From NCBI GenBank assembly GCA_013152685.1, contig JAADFX010000130.1, forward strand, positions 13,913 to 62,453: DNA of 48,541 nt. Reading direction: 5' to 3'. Position 1 is the first letter of the stretch. Each line of letters begins with the position of its first letter. This DNA comes from Methanobacteriota archaeon (GTDB taxonomy: Archaea > Hydrothermarchaeota > Hydrothermarchaeia > Hydrothermarchaeales > BMS3B). The notes under the pieces were generated by a model. The model was not told the origin of the DNA and did no database searches. It saw only the letters and a program-made list of their open reading frames with translations. The position numbers and the translations under genes were made by a program. Shown here piece after piece: positions 15,738 to 23,841 of this stretch.

Positions 15738-16478
15738 CTAGACCCTCTTAACCACCCGCACCGCGGGAAGCTCAACACCCGGCCCCGCCCTGCCTATCAC
15801 ATTCCTCACCATGGCGGCGTACCTCTCCTCGAAGTAGGTGAGCTTCCTCCCCGGCTCCATCGTCGCCCTGGCAATCCTCTCATTCACCGGGCAGACGTAG
15901 TTGCACATCCCGCATCCGACGCAGTGCCTCTCATTCACGTGGGGCCTTATTCCCACGGCACCCTCTATCACCTCATTCGGCGGGTAGGCGAGCATGGCGT
16001 CATCCCTGAGGGGGCAGTTGTAGTAGCACTCCCCGCAGGAGTCGTACTGCCACGCCAGGCACAGGTCGCGGTTTAGCACAGAAACGCCCATCTTCAGCTC
16101 CTCTGGAAGTGCCAGGAGGGTGTCCCTGTCGTTCCTTATCTTCCTGAGGGCGCCCGTGGGGCACGCCTCGCCGCACAGCAGATACTCGCTCAGGGGCTCG
16201 TCCCTGCCCTCACTGGTTCGCCTGAGGCAGAGGTAGCAGGGGGTCTCCACGGGGTCAATGTAGGGCGTCGCCACCTTCGCGCCCGCGCTGATATCGAAGA
16301 ACTTTATGGAGTCGTAGGGGCACGCCTCACCGCACTTTCCACACCTGATGCAGCGGGCCAGAAAATCACGCGCCGCCCCCGGGGGGCGTATTGCCGGGGC
16401 GTCGCCTTCTCCGAGCCCTATGCCAGCCAGGCCGATGAGCACCACACCCTTGAGGAAGCTCCTGCGCTTAAGCTTCAC
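15738..16478 (-). CDS. napG: NapG-type Tat-exported poly-ferredoxin
   Basis: Tat signal KRRSFLKGVVLIGLAG. The sequence contains IRPPGA...F...CIRCGKCGEACP plus three further 4Fe-4S motifs (CGEACPTGA, CGECYYNCP, CVGCGMCNYVCP). It overlaps the upstream gene by 4 nt. Confidence 0.85.
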   Translation of the reverse strand: MKLKRRSFLKGVVLIGLAGIGLGEGDAPAIRPPGAARDFLARCIRCGKCGEACPYDSIKFFDISAGAKVATPYIDPVETPCYLCLRRTSEGRDEPLSEYLLCGEACPTGALRKIRNDRDTLLALPEELKMGVSVLNRDLCLAWQYDSCGECYYNCPLRDDAMLAYPPNEVIEGAVGIRPHVNERHCVGCGMCNYVCPVNERIARATMEPGRKLTYFEERYAAMVRNVIGRAGPGVELPAVRVVKRV

Positions 16479-16906
16479 CAGCCACCCTCCCTCTCAATCT
16501 CAATAATCGCAACCTCGTAGTGGCGCCCCTTTATCTGGTAGGGCACCACCACCCTGCCCCGCACCACCACCTCGGAGCCCTGCATCGGCATTGTTCCCCG
16601 GGTGATGACCCATATCTCACCCGTGCCGTCGTTCAGCAGATAGGGCTGCTCATCCACAAACTCAAAGGCAAGCCCCGGGAGTGCGGTGCCCCGCAGCACC
16701 ACCTCCATGCCCTCGTAGGCCTCCGGGTTGTCCAGAATATCGGCGACCCTGACACCGCCGCCCGCATCACCCGCCGGCGCCGGCTCTGGTTGTGGCGTCG
16801 CTACGGGCGCCTCCACCGCCTCCCCCACAGCCTCAACCACCGCTTCCTCCTTCTCAACGCAGCCGGCAAGAACCAGAAGTATCAGCAGCACTGCATAGAG
16901 CCGCAT
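16475..16906 (-). CDS. Predicted lipoprotein with A/P/E-rich linker and OB-fold-like C-terminal domain (unknown function) in the napB position
   Basis: Lipobox LLVLAGC, a low-complexity linker and then a beta-rich domain (MEVVLRGTA...GEIWVITRG...VVVRGRVVVPYQIKGRHYEVAIIEIE). There is no CxxCH, so it is not NapB. The stop overlaps the napG start. Confidence 0.55.
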   Translation of the reverse strand: MRLYAVLLILLVLAGCVEKEEAVVEAVGEAVEAPVATPQPEPAPAGDAGGGVRVADILDNPEAYEGMEVVLRGTALPGLAFEFVDEQPYLLNDGTGEIWVITRGTMPMQGSEVVVRGRVVVPYQIKGRHYEVAIIEIEREGGW

Positions 16907-16993
16907 GCAACCACCGCCGTTTTTAATTTAAGTATGTGATGCCAATAATTTATAAAGATAACTTTAAAATAAAATTCAGTCCCCCTATTTTTT

Positions 16994-17003
16994 AAAAGAA
17001 AAG
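16994..17003 (-). terminator. T-rich tract (CTTTTCTTTT) after the napA stop
   Basis: The minus strand after TAG reads GCCACCTCCCAACTTTTCTTTTAAAAAA. The 109-nt AT-rich spacer before the next gene also holds TATA-like CTTTATAAA, so napA and the downstream genes may be separate or attenuated transcription units. Confidence 0.3.
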
Positions 17004-17015
17004 TTGGGAGGTGGC

Positions 17016-19493
17016 CTACGCCTTGACCACCTTTATCTTGCACACCTTGTAGTCAGGCTCCGCCGCCTTTGACCAGCTCTCGGGCACGTCTATGGTGAGG
17101 TCGTTGATCAGCTTGGTCTCATCGAACCAGGGCACGAAGACCATGCCCGGCTGAGCGCGCTCTGTAACCCAGGCGGGGAGGACGATGCTGCCGCGCGGTG
17201 ATATCAGCTTTATCTTCTCACCGCTCTTGACCCCCAGCTTCCTGGCATCGCTCGGGTGTATCTCCACGTAGGCGGCCGGGTTCAGCTCACGCAGCAGGCG
17301 CACGCGCATGGTCATTGTTCCGGTGTGCCAGTGCTCTATAACCCTGCCGGTGTTCAGCACGAAGGGATAGCTGGCGTCCGGCATCTCGTAGTCCAGCTTC
17401 GCCGCGAGAGCGCGGATTACCGCCTTGTCCTTGGTGTTCTTGAGCTTGTGGCCTCCGTAGTAGTTTATCGGCCCTGGATAGCCGTGCTCCTCCATGTGCT
17501 GGTCGTACAGCGTGACGTAGCCCGTGGCGTACCTCTTCTTGTCCCTTCCGAACACCCTTATCGCGTACTCCCTGGAGATGTAGCGCTTGTTGCTTCCGCG
17601 GTTGTCAAACTCGGTGCTCGGGCAGGGCCACTGGACGCCGCCCGCGTGGGCCTTGAGCTTCTCGTAGGTGGCGCCGTAGAGGTCAACATCCTGTCCCCTG
17701 GTGAGCACCCTGTACTCGTTCCACGCGGCCTCCTCTGGCGTCATCTCGCCCTTCTTAACCCTGGGGTCGTCGTAGAAGCCCAGGCCGTAGACCTCTATGG
17801 TGTCCAGCACCTTGAGCGGGTCCTGCCTGTCCCTGATGGCATACTTAACCTTCCTTCCCAGCTTCTGGGCTATCCTCCTGGCCACCTCATTTATCTGCCA
17901 GAAGTCGGGCTTTGCCTCTCCCGGCGGGTCCACCAGCTTGTTTATAAACTGGCTCCTCCTGTCTGTCTGCCCCATGACGCCCTCCTTCTCCACCCACATG
18001 GCGCTGGGCAGTATGACCGTCGCCACCTCAGTGGTCTTGTTGGGGTAGATGTCGCTCACCACAGTGAAGGCCTTCATCATGGCCTCCGCATAGCGGTCGC
18101 AGTTGGGCAGGCTCTGCGCCGGGTTGGTGGTGTTTATCCATATCGCCTTTATCTCGCCCTTCTCCAGGCGCATGAACATGTTAACCGCCGGGCCCGTGGG
18201 CTTCTTGGGCATCTGCTCAACGGGCACGCCCCAGACCTCTGCCACCTCCTGCCTGTGCTTGGGATTCGCCACCGCCCTGTGCCCCGGCAGGATGTGGGTG
18301 AGTCCGCCCTGCTCGCGAGTGCCGCCGCAGGCGTTGGGCTGCCCCGTGAGGCTGAGGGAGTCACAGCCGGGCTTGCCTATCTTGCCTGTGAGCAGGTGCA
18401 GGTTGTGAACCTGGCAGTTGAGCTCCACGCCCTGGGTGCGCTGGTTCAAACCCATGGTCCACATGCTGAGGGCAGTGTAGCCGCGCCGCCCAAACCACCG
18501 CGCCGCCAGGCGTATGTCCTCAGCGGGCACCCCGGTTATGTCCTCCACCTTCTCCGGGGTGTAGTCCTTGAGGAACTCCCTGAAGCCGTCCAGGTCCATC
18601 TCCTCGCCGGCCGGACCAAGGCCCACCCTGAAGGTGCAGTACTTGAGGTGCTCGTAGTCCACCATGTCCTCCTCTATTATCACATACGCCATGGCGTTCA
18701 GCAGGTACATGTCGGTACCCGGCTTGAACTTCAGGTGGAGGTCCGCATACCTCGCTGTCGGAGTTGTGCGCGGGTCGGCCACTATAACCCTCACCCTGTC
18801 CGGATAGGCGCTCTTCCTGTCTATCACCCTGCGGAAGAGCATCGGGTGCTGCTCCGCCATGTTTGAGCCTATGATGAAGATGGTGTCCGCCAGGTCTATG
18901 TCGTCGTAGCTTCCCGCAGGCTCATCTGCGCCGAAGGTGTTGAGGTAGCCTCCAACCGCAGAAGCCATGCACAGCCTGGGGTTGCCCTCCACGTTGGCGG
19001 TGCCAATAAGCCCCTTGAAGAGCTTGTTGGCGGCGTAGGCTTCCTGGGTTGTGTTCTGTCCAGAGCCGTACCACGCGACGCTGTCGGGACCGTACTCCTT
19101 GATGTACTTGGCAAAGGTGTCGGCAATCAGCTCCAGCGCCTCGTCCCAGCTGACCTCCTTGTAGCTTCCATCCGGCTGACGCACCATGGGCTTGGTCAGC
19201 CTCTCCTTCCCGCCGCCACCGTACATTATGTGGGGCAGCGAGTACCCCTTCATGCAGAGTCTGCCGAAGTTTATCGGGGAATCCGCATCGCCCTTTACTG
19301 CCACCACCTTACCGTCACGCACGCCCACAAGTACAGTGCAGCCGGTGCCGCAGAACCTGCACTGGGCGCGCCCGAAGGTTATTCCCCCATCTCCCGGCGC
19401 CGCCATCGCGGGGGCACTCATGCCGGCTGCAAGCATCGCTGCAGTGGCGGCTGAAGCCTTTATGAACTCACGTCTGCTCATGCTTATTCCCAT
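17016..19493 (-). CDS. napA: Periplasmic-type nitrate reductase catalytic subunit NapA (Mo-bisPGD, Tat-exported)
   Basis: GGAGGTGA lies 5 nt before ATG 19493. Tat signal SRREFIKASAATAAMLAAGMSAPAMA. The N-terminal [4Fe-4S] motif is CRFCGTGCTVLV...C. The Mo-ligand region NPRLCMASAVGGYLNTFG resembles NapA. The napG/H/D context supports the call. Confidence 0.9.
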   Translation of the reverse strand: MGISMSRREFIKASAATAAMLAAGMSAPAMAAPGDGGITFGRAQCRFCGTGCTVLVGVRDGKVVAVKGDADSPINFGRLCMKGYSLPHIMYGGGGKERLTKPMVRQPDGSYKEVSWDEALELIADTFAKYIKEYGPDSVAWYGSGQNTTQEAYAANKLFKGLIGTANVEGNPRLCMASAVGGYLNTFGADEPAGSYDDIDLADTIFIIGSNMAEQHPMLFRRVIDRKSAYPDRVRVIVADPRTTPTARYADLHLKFKPGTDMYLLNAMAYVIIEEDMVDYEHLKYCTFRVGLGPAGEEMDLDGFREFLKDYTPEKVEDITGVPAEDIRLAARWFGRRGYTALSMWTMGLNQRTQGVELNCQVHNLHLLTGKIGKPGCDSLSLTGQPNACGGTREQGGLTHILPGHRAVANPKHRQEVAEVWGVPVEQMPKKPTGPAVNMFMRLEKGEIKAIWINTTNPAQSLPNCDRYAEAMMKAFTVVSDIYPNKTTEVATVILPSAMWVEKEGVMGQTDRRSQFINKLVDPPGEAKPDFWQINEVARRIAQKLGRKVKYAIRDRQDPLKVLDTIEVYGLGFYDDPRVKKGEMTPEEAAWNEYRVLTRGQDVDLYGATYEKLKAHAGGVQWPCPSTEFDNRGSNKRYISREYAIRVFGRDKKRYATGYVTLYDQHMEEHGYPGPINYYGGHKLKNTKDKAVIRALAAKLDYEMPDASYPFVLNTGRVIEHWHTGTMTMRVRLLRELNPAAYVEIHPSDARKLGVKSGEKIKLISPRGSIVLPAWVTERAQPGMVFVPWFDETKLINDLTIDVPESWSKAAEPDYKVCKIKVVKA

Positions 19494-19546
19494 ACTTTCA
19501 CCTCCGCCTCTGTATAATATTCATGGATTTTTAGGTTAATAAAACC

Positions 19547-19587
19547 TTTTTTTAAAAATTTTATTTATATCCCTCCATAGTGTTAAA
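19547..19587 (-). promoter_or_regulatory. napA upstream composite element TTTAACACTA-N19-TTTTTAAAAAAA (gene orientation)
   Basis: The plus strand is TTTTTTTAAAAA-TTTTATTTATATCCCTCCA-TAGTGTTAAA. N19 holds the TATA-like ATATAAATA. The proximal end lies 53 nt from the napA ATG. The outer blocks and the spacing are identical to the hao element. Confidence 0.55.
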
Positions 19588-19658
19588 TTAATTTTTATAT
19601 ACCCCCTCTTCGTGAACCTTTACGATTTAATTGGATATTTAATTTCAAATGATTATAT

Positions 19659-20318
19659 TTAAATGTTACCTTCCAGCGACAGCATGGTCATGAAGGCGCG
19701 CTTCCCCGTGTCGGAGATGTAGTAGTGGCGGTTTTCATCCTGGGCTATCAGCCCCGCCTGCTTTAGCACCCTCAGGTGAAAGCCGAGCTTTGCGGGCTCA
19801 TCGATGTCCAGGTAGTTCATTATGTCGGTAAAGCGCGCCTTCCCCTTTGCGTGGAGGTACTCTATTATCCTGCGGCGTATCGGGTTTGAGAGGGACTTGA
19901 GCACGTCCTTCCCGGTCTCCCTGACGCCCGCCTTCTCCCGCACCGCCTCCTCTATCCTGGTCTCCTCCAGCAGGCGGAGGATCTTGTTCCTGATCTCCTC
20001 CACCTTGAAGGGCTTGAGGATGTAGTCGCTGGCTCCCATCTTCATCGCCCTCACGGCGCTGTCCACTGTGCCAAAGGCGGTGATAATTATGACCTTTGTG
20101 AGAGGGGAGTACTTCTTGACGTTCCTCAGCACCTCCATCCCGTCGGCTCCCGGCATCACCAGGTCGGTGATGACCAGGTCAAACTTCTGCTTTTTTATCA
20201 TGTTTATGGCCTTGACCCCGTCCTCTGCGATTTTGGGGGAGTAGCCCTTCTTCTCCAGCAGAATCTTCAATCCCTCTCTGAGCTTCGGGTCATCCTCCAC
20301 TATCAGTATCTCCTGCAT
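19659..20318 (-). CDS. Response regulator: REC domain plus ArsR-type winged-helix output
   Basis: The start [13 protein letters not shown] lies at 20318. The phospho-acceptor context is DLVITDLVMPGADG. The C-terminal LSNPIRRRIIEYLHAKGKARFTDIM...KLGFHLRVLKQAGLI is an ArsR/SmtB-like wHTH. Confidence 0.82.
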   Translation of the reverse strand: MQEILIVEDDPKLREGLKILLEKKGYSPKIAEDGVKAINMIKKQKFDLVITDLVMPGADGMEVLRNVKKYSPLTKVIIITAFGTVDSAVRAMKMGASDYILKPFKVEEIRNKILRLLEETRIEEAVREKAGVRETGKDVLKSLSNPIRRRIIEYLHAKGKARFTDIMNYLDIDEPAKLGFHLRVLKQAGLIAQDENRHYYISDTGKRAFMTMLSLEGNI

Positions 20319-21753
20319 CTGACTCACCCGGCAGATATATTCTGAAGGTGGTGCCCCTGCCCACCTCGCTCTCAACCTCTATCTCTCCTCCGTGCTTCTC
20401 AATTATGCTGTAGGTGATGTAGAGGCCGAGCCCCGTGCCCTTGCCCACCTCCTTCGTGGTGAAGAAGGGGTCAAAAATCTTCCCGAGGTGCTCCTCGGGG
20501 ATTCCCACACCGGTGTCCCTGATTTCCACCACCACCCTGCCATCACTCCTGTAGGTGCGTATCGTCAGCTTGCCGCCTTCCTTCATCGCGTCAATTGCAT
20601 TGGTGGCTATGTTTATGAAGGCATCCAGCAGCTTTGAGGAGTCTCCCTTTATCTCCGGAAGCCTCTCGTCCAGGTCCAGCTCAAGCTTTATGTTTTTGTA
20701 CTGTAATTGGGGTTTGAGGATATTTAACATTTTCTTGATTATTTCGTTAACCTGGGCAACCTCATTTTTGAACTCCCGCTGCCTTGAGAAGTCGAGCAGC
20801 CCCTGAACCACCTTAGATGCGAGGGACGCCTCCTCCTCTATAATCTCCAGCACCTTCCTGGTCTCCTCATCCTTCACCTCCTCCCTGTGGATCTGGGAGT
20901 AGAGAATTATGTTCGCCAGGGGGTTGTTTATCTGATGAGCTATCCCGGCGGCCAGCTTGCCCACCGTGGCCATCTTCTCACTCTGTATCACCTGGGCCTC
21001 CTTGTTCTTGAGCTCCTCAACCATGCTGTTAAAAACCCTTGCGAGCTCTCCGAGCTCGTCTTCCTTGTCCACATCTACCCTGGCGGAGTAGTCCCGCTTT
21101 GAGAGTTTTATGGCAGCCTCCTTCACCTTGTTGAGGGGGGTGATCACCACGAAGCGCATTATCCCGAGTATTGCGAGCATTATTCCCAGGGAGAGGAGGA
21201 AGCCGTAGAAGATGAGCTGCCTCCTCGTCCTCTCCAGGGACGCCATTACCTCGCTCACGGGGATTTCCACCACAAGAGCGCCGCGCAGGTCGCCCTCCCG
21301 GTACCCCTGGTCCACGTGGCACTTCAGGCAGGGCTTCTCTATGTACAGGGGGACGGCGTACTCGTAGAAATCCGAGCTTACGGCGTACCTCTCCCCCTCA
21401 CCCCCCTGCATAAACTCCATCAGCACCCTCCTCTCAAACTCGTCGGCGGGGTAGTTATCCGGGTCCCTGGGCTTGAAGGTCACCAGCTTTATCTTGTAGT
21501 CGTACATCTCATTGGAAAGCTCGGAGAGCTCGTAGGTGAGCTCTGCCGGCACAGGCATCACCCTCTCCCTGTTTTCCGCCGCCCACAGCCTCACCAGCAG
21601 GATCTGGTCTGTAACACTCTTTGCCTGCTGCCGCAGCTGCTCCATGATGTTCCTCTCGTGCACCTCGCTCATGTAGTAGAAAATTCCCTGAACTGAGAGG
21701 AACACTATTATGCCCACGGCAAGCATCACCTTTGTGCCAACGCTCGCCTTCAT
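20290..21753 (-). CDS. Sensor histidine kinase with extracytoplasmic haem-c (CxxCH, DUF3365/Tll0287-like) sensor, HAMP, HisKA and HATPase domains
   Basis: TM1 is followed by an exported domain of about 150 aa ending [31 protein letters not shown] (CLKCH at 21316-21330). TM2 and HAMP follow. The H-box is [12 protein letters not shown]. The N, G1 and G2 boxes are [16 protein letters not shown] and GKGTGLGL. Confidence 0.85.
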   Translation of the reverse strand: MKASVGTKVMLAVGIIVFLSVQGIFYYMSEVHERNIMEQLRQQAKSVTDQILLVRLWAAENRERVMPVPAELTYELSELSNEMYDYKIKLVTFKPRDPDNYPADEFERRVLMEFMQGGEGERYAVSSDFYEYAVPLYIEKPCLKCHVDQGYREGDLRGALVVEIPVSEVMASLERTRRQLIFYGFLLSLGIMLAILGIMRFVVITPLNKVKEAAIKLSKRDYSARVDVDKEDELGELARVFNSMVEELKNKEAQVIQSEKMATVGKLAAGIAHQINNPLANIILYSQIHREEVKDEETRKVLEIIEEEASLASKVVQGLLDFSRQREFKNEVAQVNEIIKKMLNILKPQLQYKNIKLELDLDERLPEIKGDSSKLLDAFINIATNAIDAMKEGGKLTIRTYRSDGRVVVEIRDTGVGIPEEHLGKIFDPFFTTKEVGKGTGLGLYITYSIIEKHGGEIEVESEVGRGTTFRIYLPGESDAGDTDSGG

Positions 21754-22745
21754 TCGCCCACCTCGGGGGGTACCACGCGCACTGGAAGGCGCTCCGGGAG
21801 ATGGCGCAGATCCAGGACCACTATTCCGCCGTCGTAGTCTGCAACATACGCACTGCCCTCCGCCACCGCTATGCCGTAGGCGTTTCCGGGGGTGTCGTAC
21901 TCCGCCACCGGCTCAAGCCTGCCGTCCTCGTGGATCCTGAGCAGCGCCACGCCGCTGTTCGCGAGGGTTACCAGCAGGTAGTCCCTGTAGCTGGCTAGCC
22001 GCAGGGCAAAGCCCGGAAGCTGGAGGTTCTGCTGGTGAACAAGCCTGCCGTCCGGAGATATCCTGTACACATCCACCCCGGCATCTGAGCTAGCCACGTA
22101 CGCGTGGGAGCCCCTGACCAGGACGTCGTGGGCAACACTGCTCGTGGGAACAAAGCCCAGGAACTCCAGGGAGCCGTTCTTCCGGAGCCTGGCCACGTAC
22201 AGCCGCATTGTGAAGTCGGCCAGGTACAGCGTCCTGTCCCTTACGCTCACGCCCTTTGGGTAGCTGTAGTTGCCGGGCTTGTAGAACCTCTGGCTGAGGG
22301 TGGCAAGGTCAAGAACCACCAGGCCAGAGGCCACACAGGCGAGGAAGGCACTGTTGCCGGAGATAACAATCTTCTGGGCGGTGTGGTTCAGCACCACCTC
22401 CGCCAGGAGCTGCGGCTGGGCGGGGGTGCTCACGTCCAGCAGGTAAAGCTTCCCCAGGGTGTCGCTGACGTAGAGCGTCCTCCCGGACACCGCCAGGGTC
22501 TGGGCCTCGCCGGGGGTTCTGAAGCCCCCTATCCTGCGCAGGCTTCCCGCCCCTATTGAGAAGATGTCCAGCCCCCAGGGTGAGACCGCATATAAGTACT
22601 CGTCGTACACCAGAACATCGTAGTAGTAGTGGGGCTTTTGAGGACTGATGTCCGGCTGATATCCCTGATTCTCGCCGGACACGCATCCTGCAAGCACCAG
22701 CAGCAGTGGAATCGCCACCCAGTAGAGGGTCCTATGTCCACACAT
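21750..22745 (-). CDS. LVIVD-repeat beta-propeller lipoprotein
   Basis: Lipobox LLLVLAGC. The repeated units are G.a..v.v.g..aYva....Gl.v.D.s (YLLDVS, LVVLDLA, GVDVYRI, GIVVLDL). The ATGA overlap with the kinase gene couples the two. A start at 22772 is also possible. Confidence 0.7.
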   Translation of the reverse strand: MCGHRTLYWVAIPLLLVLAGCVSGENQGYQPDISPQKPHYYYDVLVYDEYLYAVSPWGLDIFSIGAGSLRRIGGFRTPGEAQTLAVSGRTLYVSDTLGKLYLLDVSTPAQPQLLAEVVLNHTAQKIVISGNSAFLACVASGLVVLDLATLSQRFYKPGNYSYPKGVSVRDRTLYLADFTMRLYVARLRKNGSLEFLGFVPTSSVAHDVLVRGSHAYVASSDAGVDVYRISPDGRLVHQQNLQLPGFALRLASYRDYLLVTLANSGVALLRIHEDGRLEPVAEYDTPGNAYGIAVAEGSAYVADYDGGIVVLDLRHLPERLPVRVVPPEVGE

Positions 22746-22893
22746 CTTCTCCTCTAAGGCCACAGCGCACATCTGGTAAATTTTACTTAAATTTTTACTT
22801 ATTTATCTTTTAATATAAAATTCCCTTTATATAAAATTTCTTTTAAAATAAAGTTTTAAGGACTGGAGGTTCAAAAGATACTACGGTGATGGT

Positions 22894-23034
22894 ATGCTTG
22901 TGGGAAACACCGAAATCCTGCTGGTGATTGCGCTGGTGGTCCTCCTCTTCGGAGCCGGGAAGATTCCGGAGCTCGCCCGCAGCCTCGGGAGGGCCAGGGT
23001 TGAGTTCAGACGCGGCATGGAAGAGGAGAAGTAG
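22894..23034 (+). CDS. tatA: Twin-arginine translocase subunit TatA/E (46 aa, not in the ORF track)
   Basis: Translation gives MLVGNTEILLVIALVVLLFGAGKIPELARSLGRARVEFRRGMEEEK*. This is the TatA TM helix, the F-G hinge and an amphipathic helix. GGTGAT lies just upstream. Confidence 0.78.
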   Translation: MLVGNTEILLVIALVVLLFGAGKIPELARSLGRARVEFRRGMEEEK

Positions 23035-23067
23035 ACTCCCGCCACCTGGAGCGGACGATGGGGGAAA

Positions 23068-23715
23068 ATGAGCAAAATACTGATAGTGGATGACGACAGG
23101 CACACGACGGGGGTTCTGGAAAAAGCCCTCCGCAGGAGCGGATTCCAGGTCATCACCGCCGAGAGCGCCACGGAGGGTATAAACAGGCTCGTGGAGGAGC
23201 AGCCCGACCTGGTGCTCCTGGACCTCGTGCTCCCTGACATGCGCGGACTGCAGGCCCTGGATGAGATAAGCAGGCTCTCCCCGGAGACAAAGGTCATAAT
23301 AATAAGCGCCTTCCCCTCCATAGGCGACGTGGTGGAGGCCATGAAGCTGGGAGCGAGCGATGTGCTGGTGAAGCCCTTCAACGTGGACGAGCTGGTGAGC
23401 ATAGTAAAGAAGACCCTGGAGGAGGCCCGGCTGGAGCGCAGGATTGAGGCCAAGATAAGCGACACGGTGATAAAGGCGCTCTCAAACCCCATCCGCAAGA
23501 GGATAGCCTTCTACCTGCTGCATGCCGGTGTCAGGAGGTTCTCCGAGATAGCCAGGAGCACAGAGATGGACGACCCCTCCAAGCTCAGCTTTCACCTGCG
23601 AGTCCTGATAGACGCCGGGATAGTGTGCAAGAACAGGGCTGGGCAGTACTCCCTCACAGGCGACGGCAGGGCGATAGTGGAGAGGCTCCTGCTCAGGCTG
23701 GAGGAGGAGGTCTGA
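23068..23715 (+). CDS. Response regulator: REC domain plus ArsR-type winged-helix output (paralog of 19659-20318)
   Basis: MSKILIVDDD..., DLVLLDLVLPDMRG, and C-terminal LSNPIRKRIAFYLLHAGVRRFSEIA...KLSFHLRVLIDAGIV. The architecture and motifs match the other regulator. Confidence 0.85.
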   Translation: MSKILIVDDDRHTTGVLEKALRRSGFQVITAESATEGINRLVEEQPDLVLLDLVLPDMRGLQALDEISRLSPETKVIIISAFPSIGDVVEAMKLGASDVLVKPFNVDELVSIVKKTLEEARLERRIEAKISDTVIKALSNPIRKRIAFYLLHAGVRRFSEIARSTEMDDPSKLSFHLRVLIDAGIVCKNRAGQYSLTGDGRAIVERLLLRLEEEV

Positions 23716-23841
23716 GCACAGCCCCTCCACCCGCTGCCCAGCGGAGTATTATAAAAATTTTTTTAAAACAAGCTTTTTATATCCGCATATTTAAAAAATG
23801 TATAGATTTAAATAAAAATGTTTATTGTCCGGGTGGCGTCG

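Noticed and set aside
17256-18866. 536-aa plus-strand ORF
   Set aside because: It is antisense to napA. Its R/L/V/H/P/G-rich low-complexity translation is typical of shadow frames in GC-rich genes, and it has no recognisable motifs.
17016-19493. Possible selenocysteine (in-frame TGA) recoding in the Mo-enzyme
   Set aside because: The napA frame is uninterrupted and the Mo ligand position reads Cys (CMASA). There is no in-frame stop.
19533-19553. Hairpin AGGTT-AATAA-AACCT followed by a T7 run, resembling an intrinsic terminator on the plus strand
   Set aside because: No plus-strand gene lies upstream. The stem is only 5 bp. The T-run is part of the T5A7 block shared with the hao promoter, which has no hairpin.
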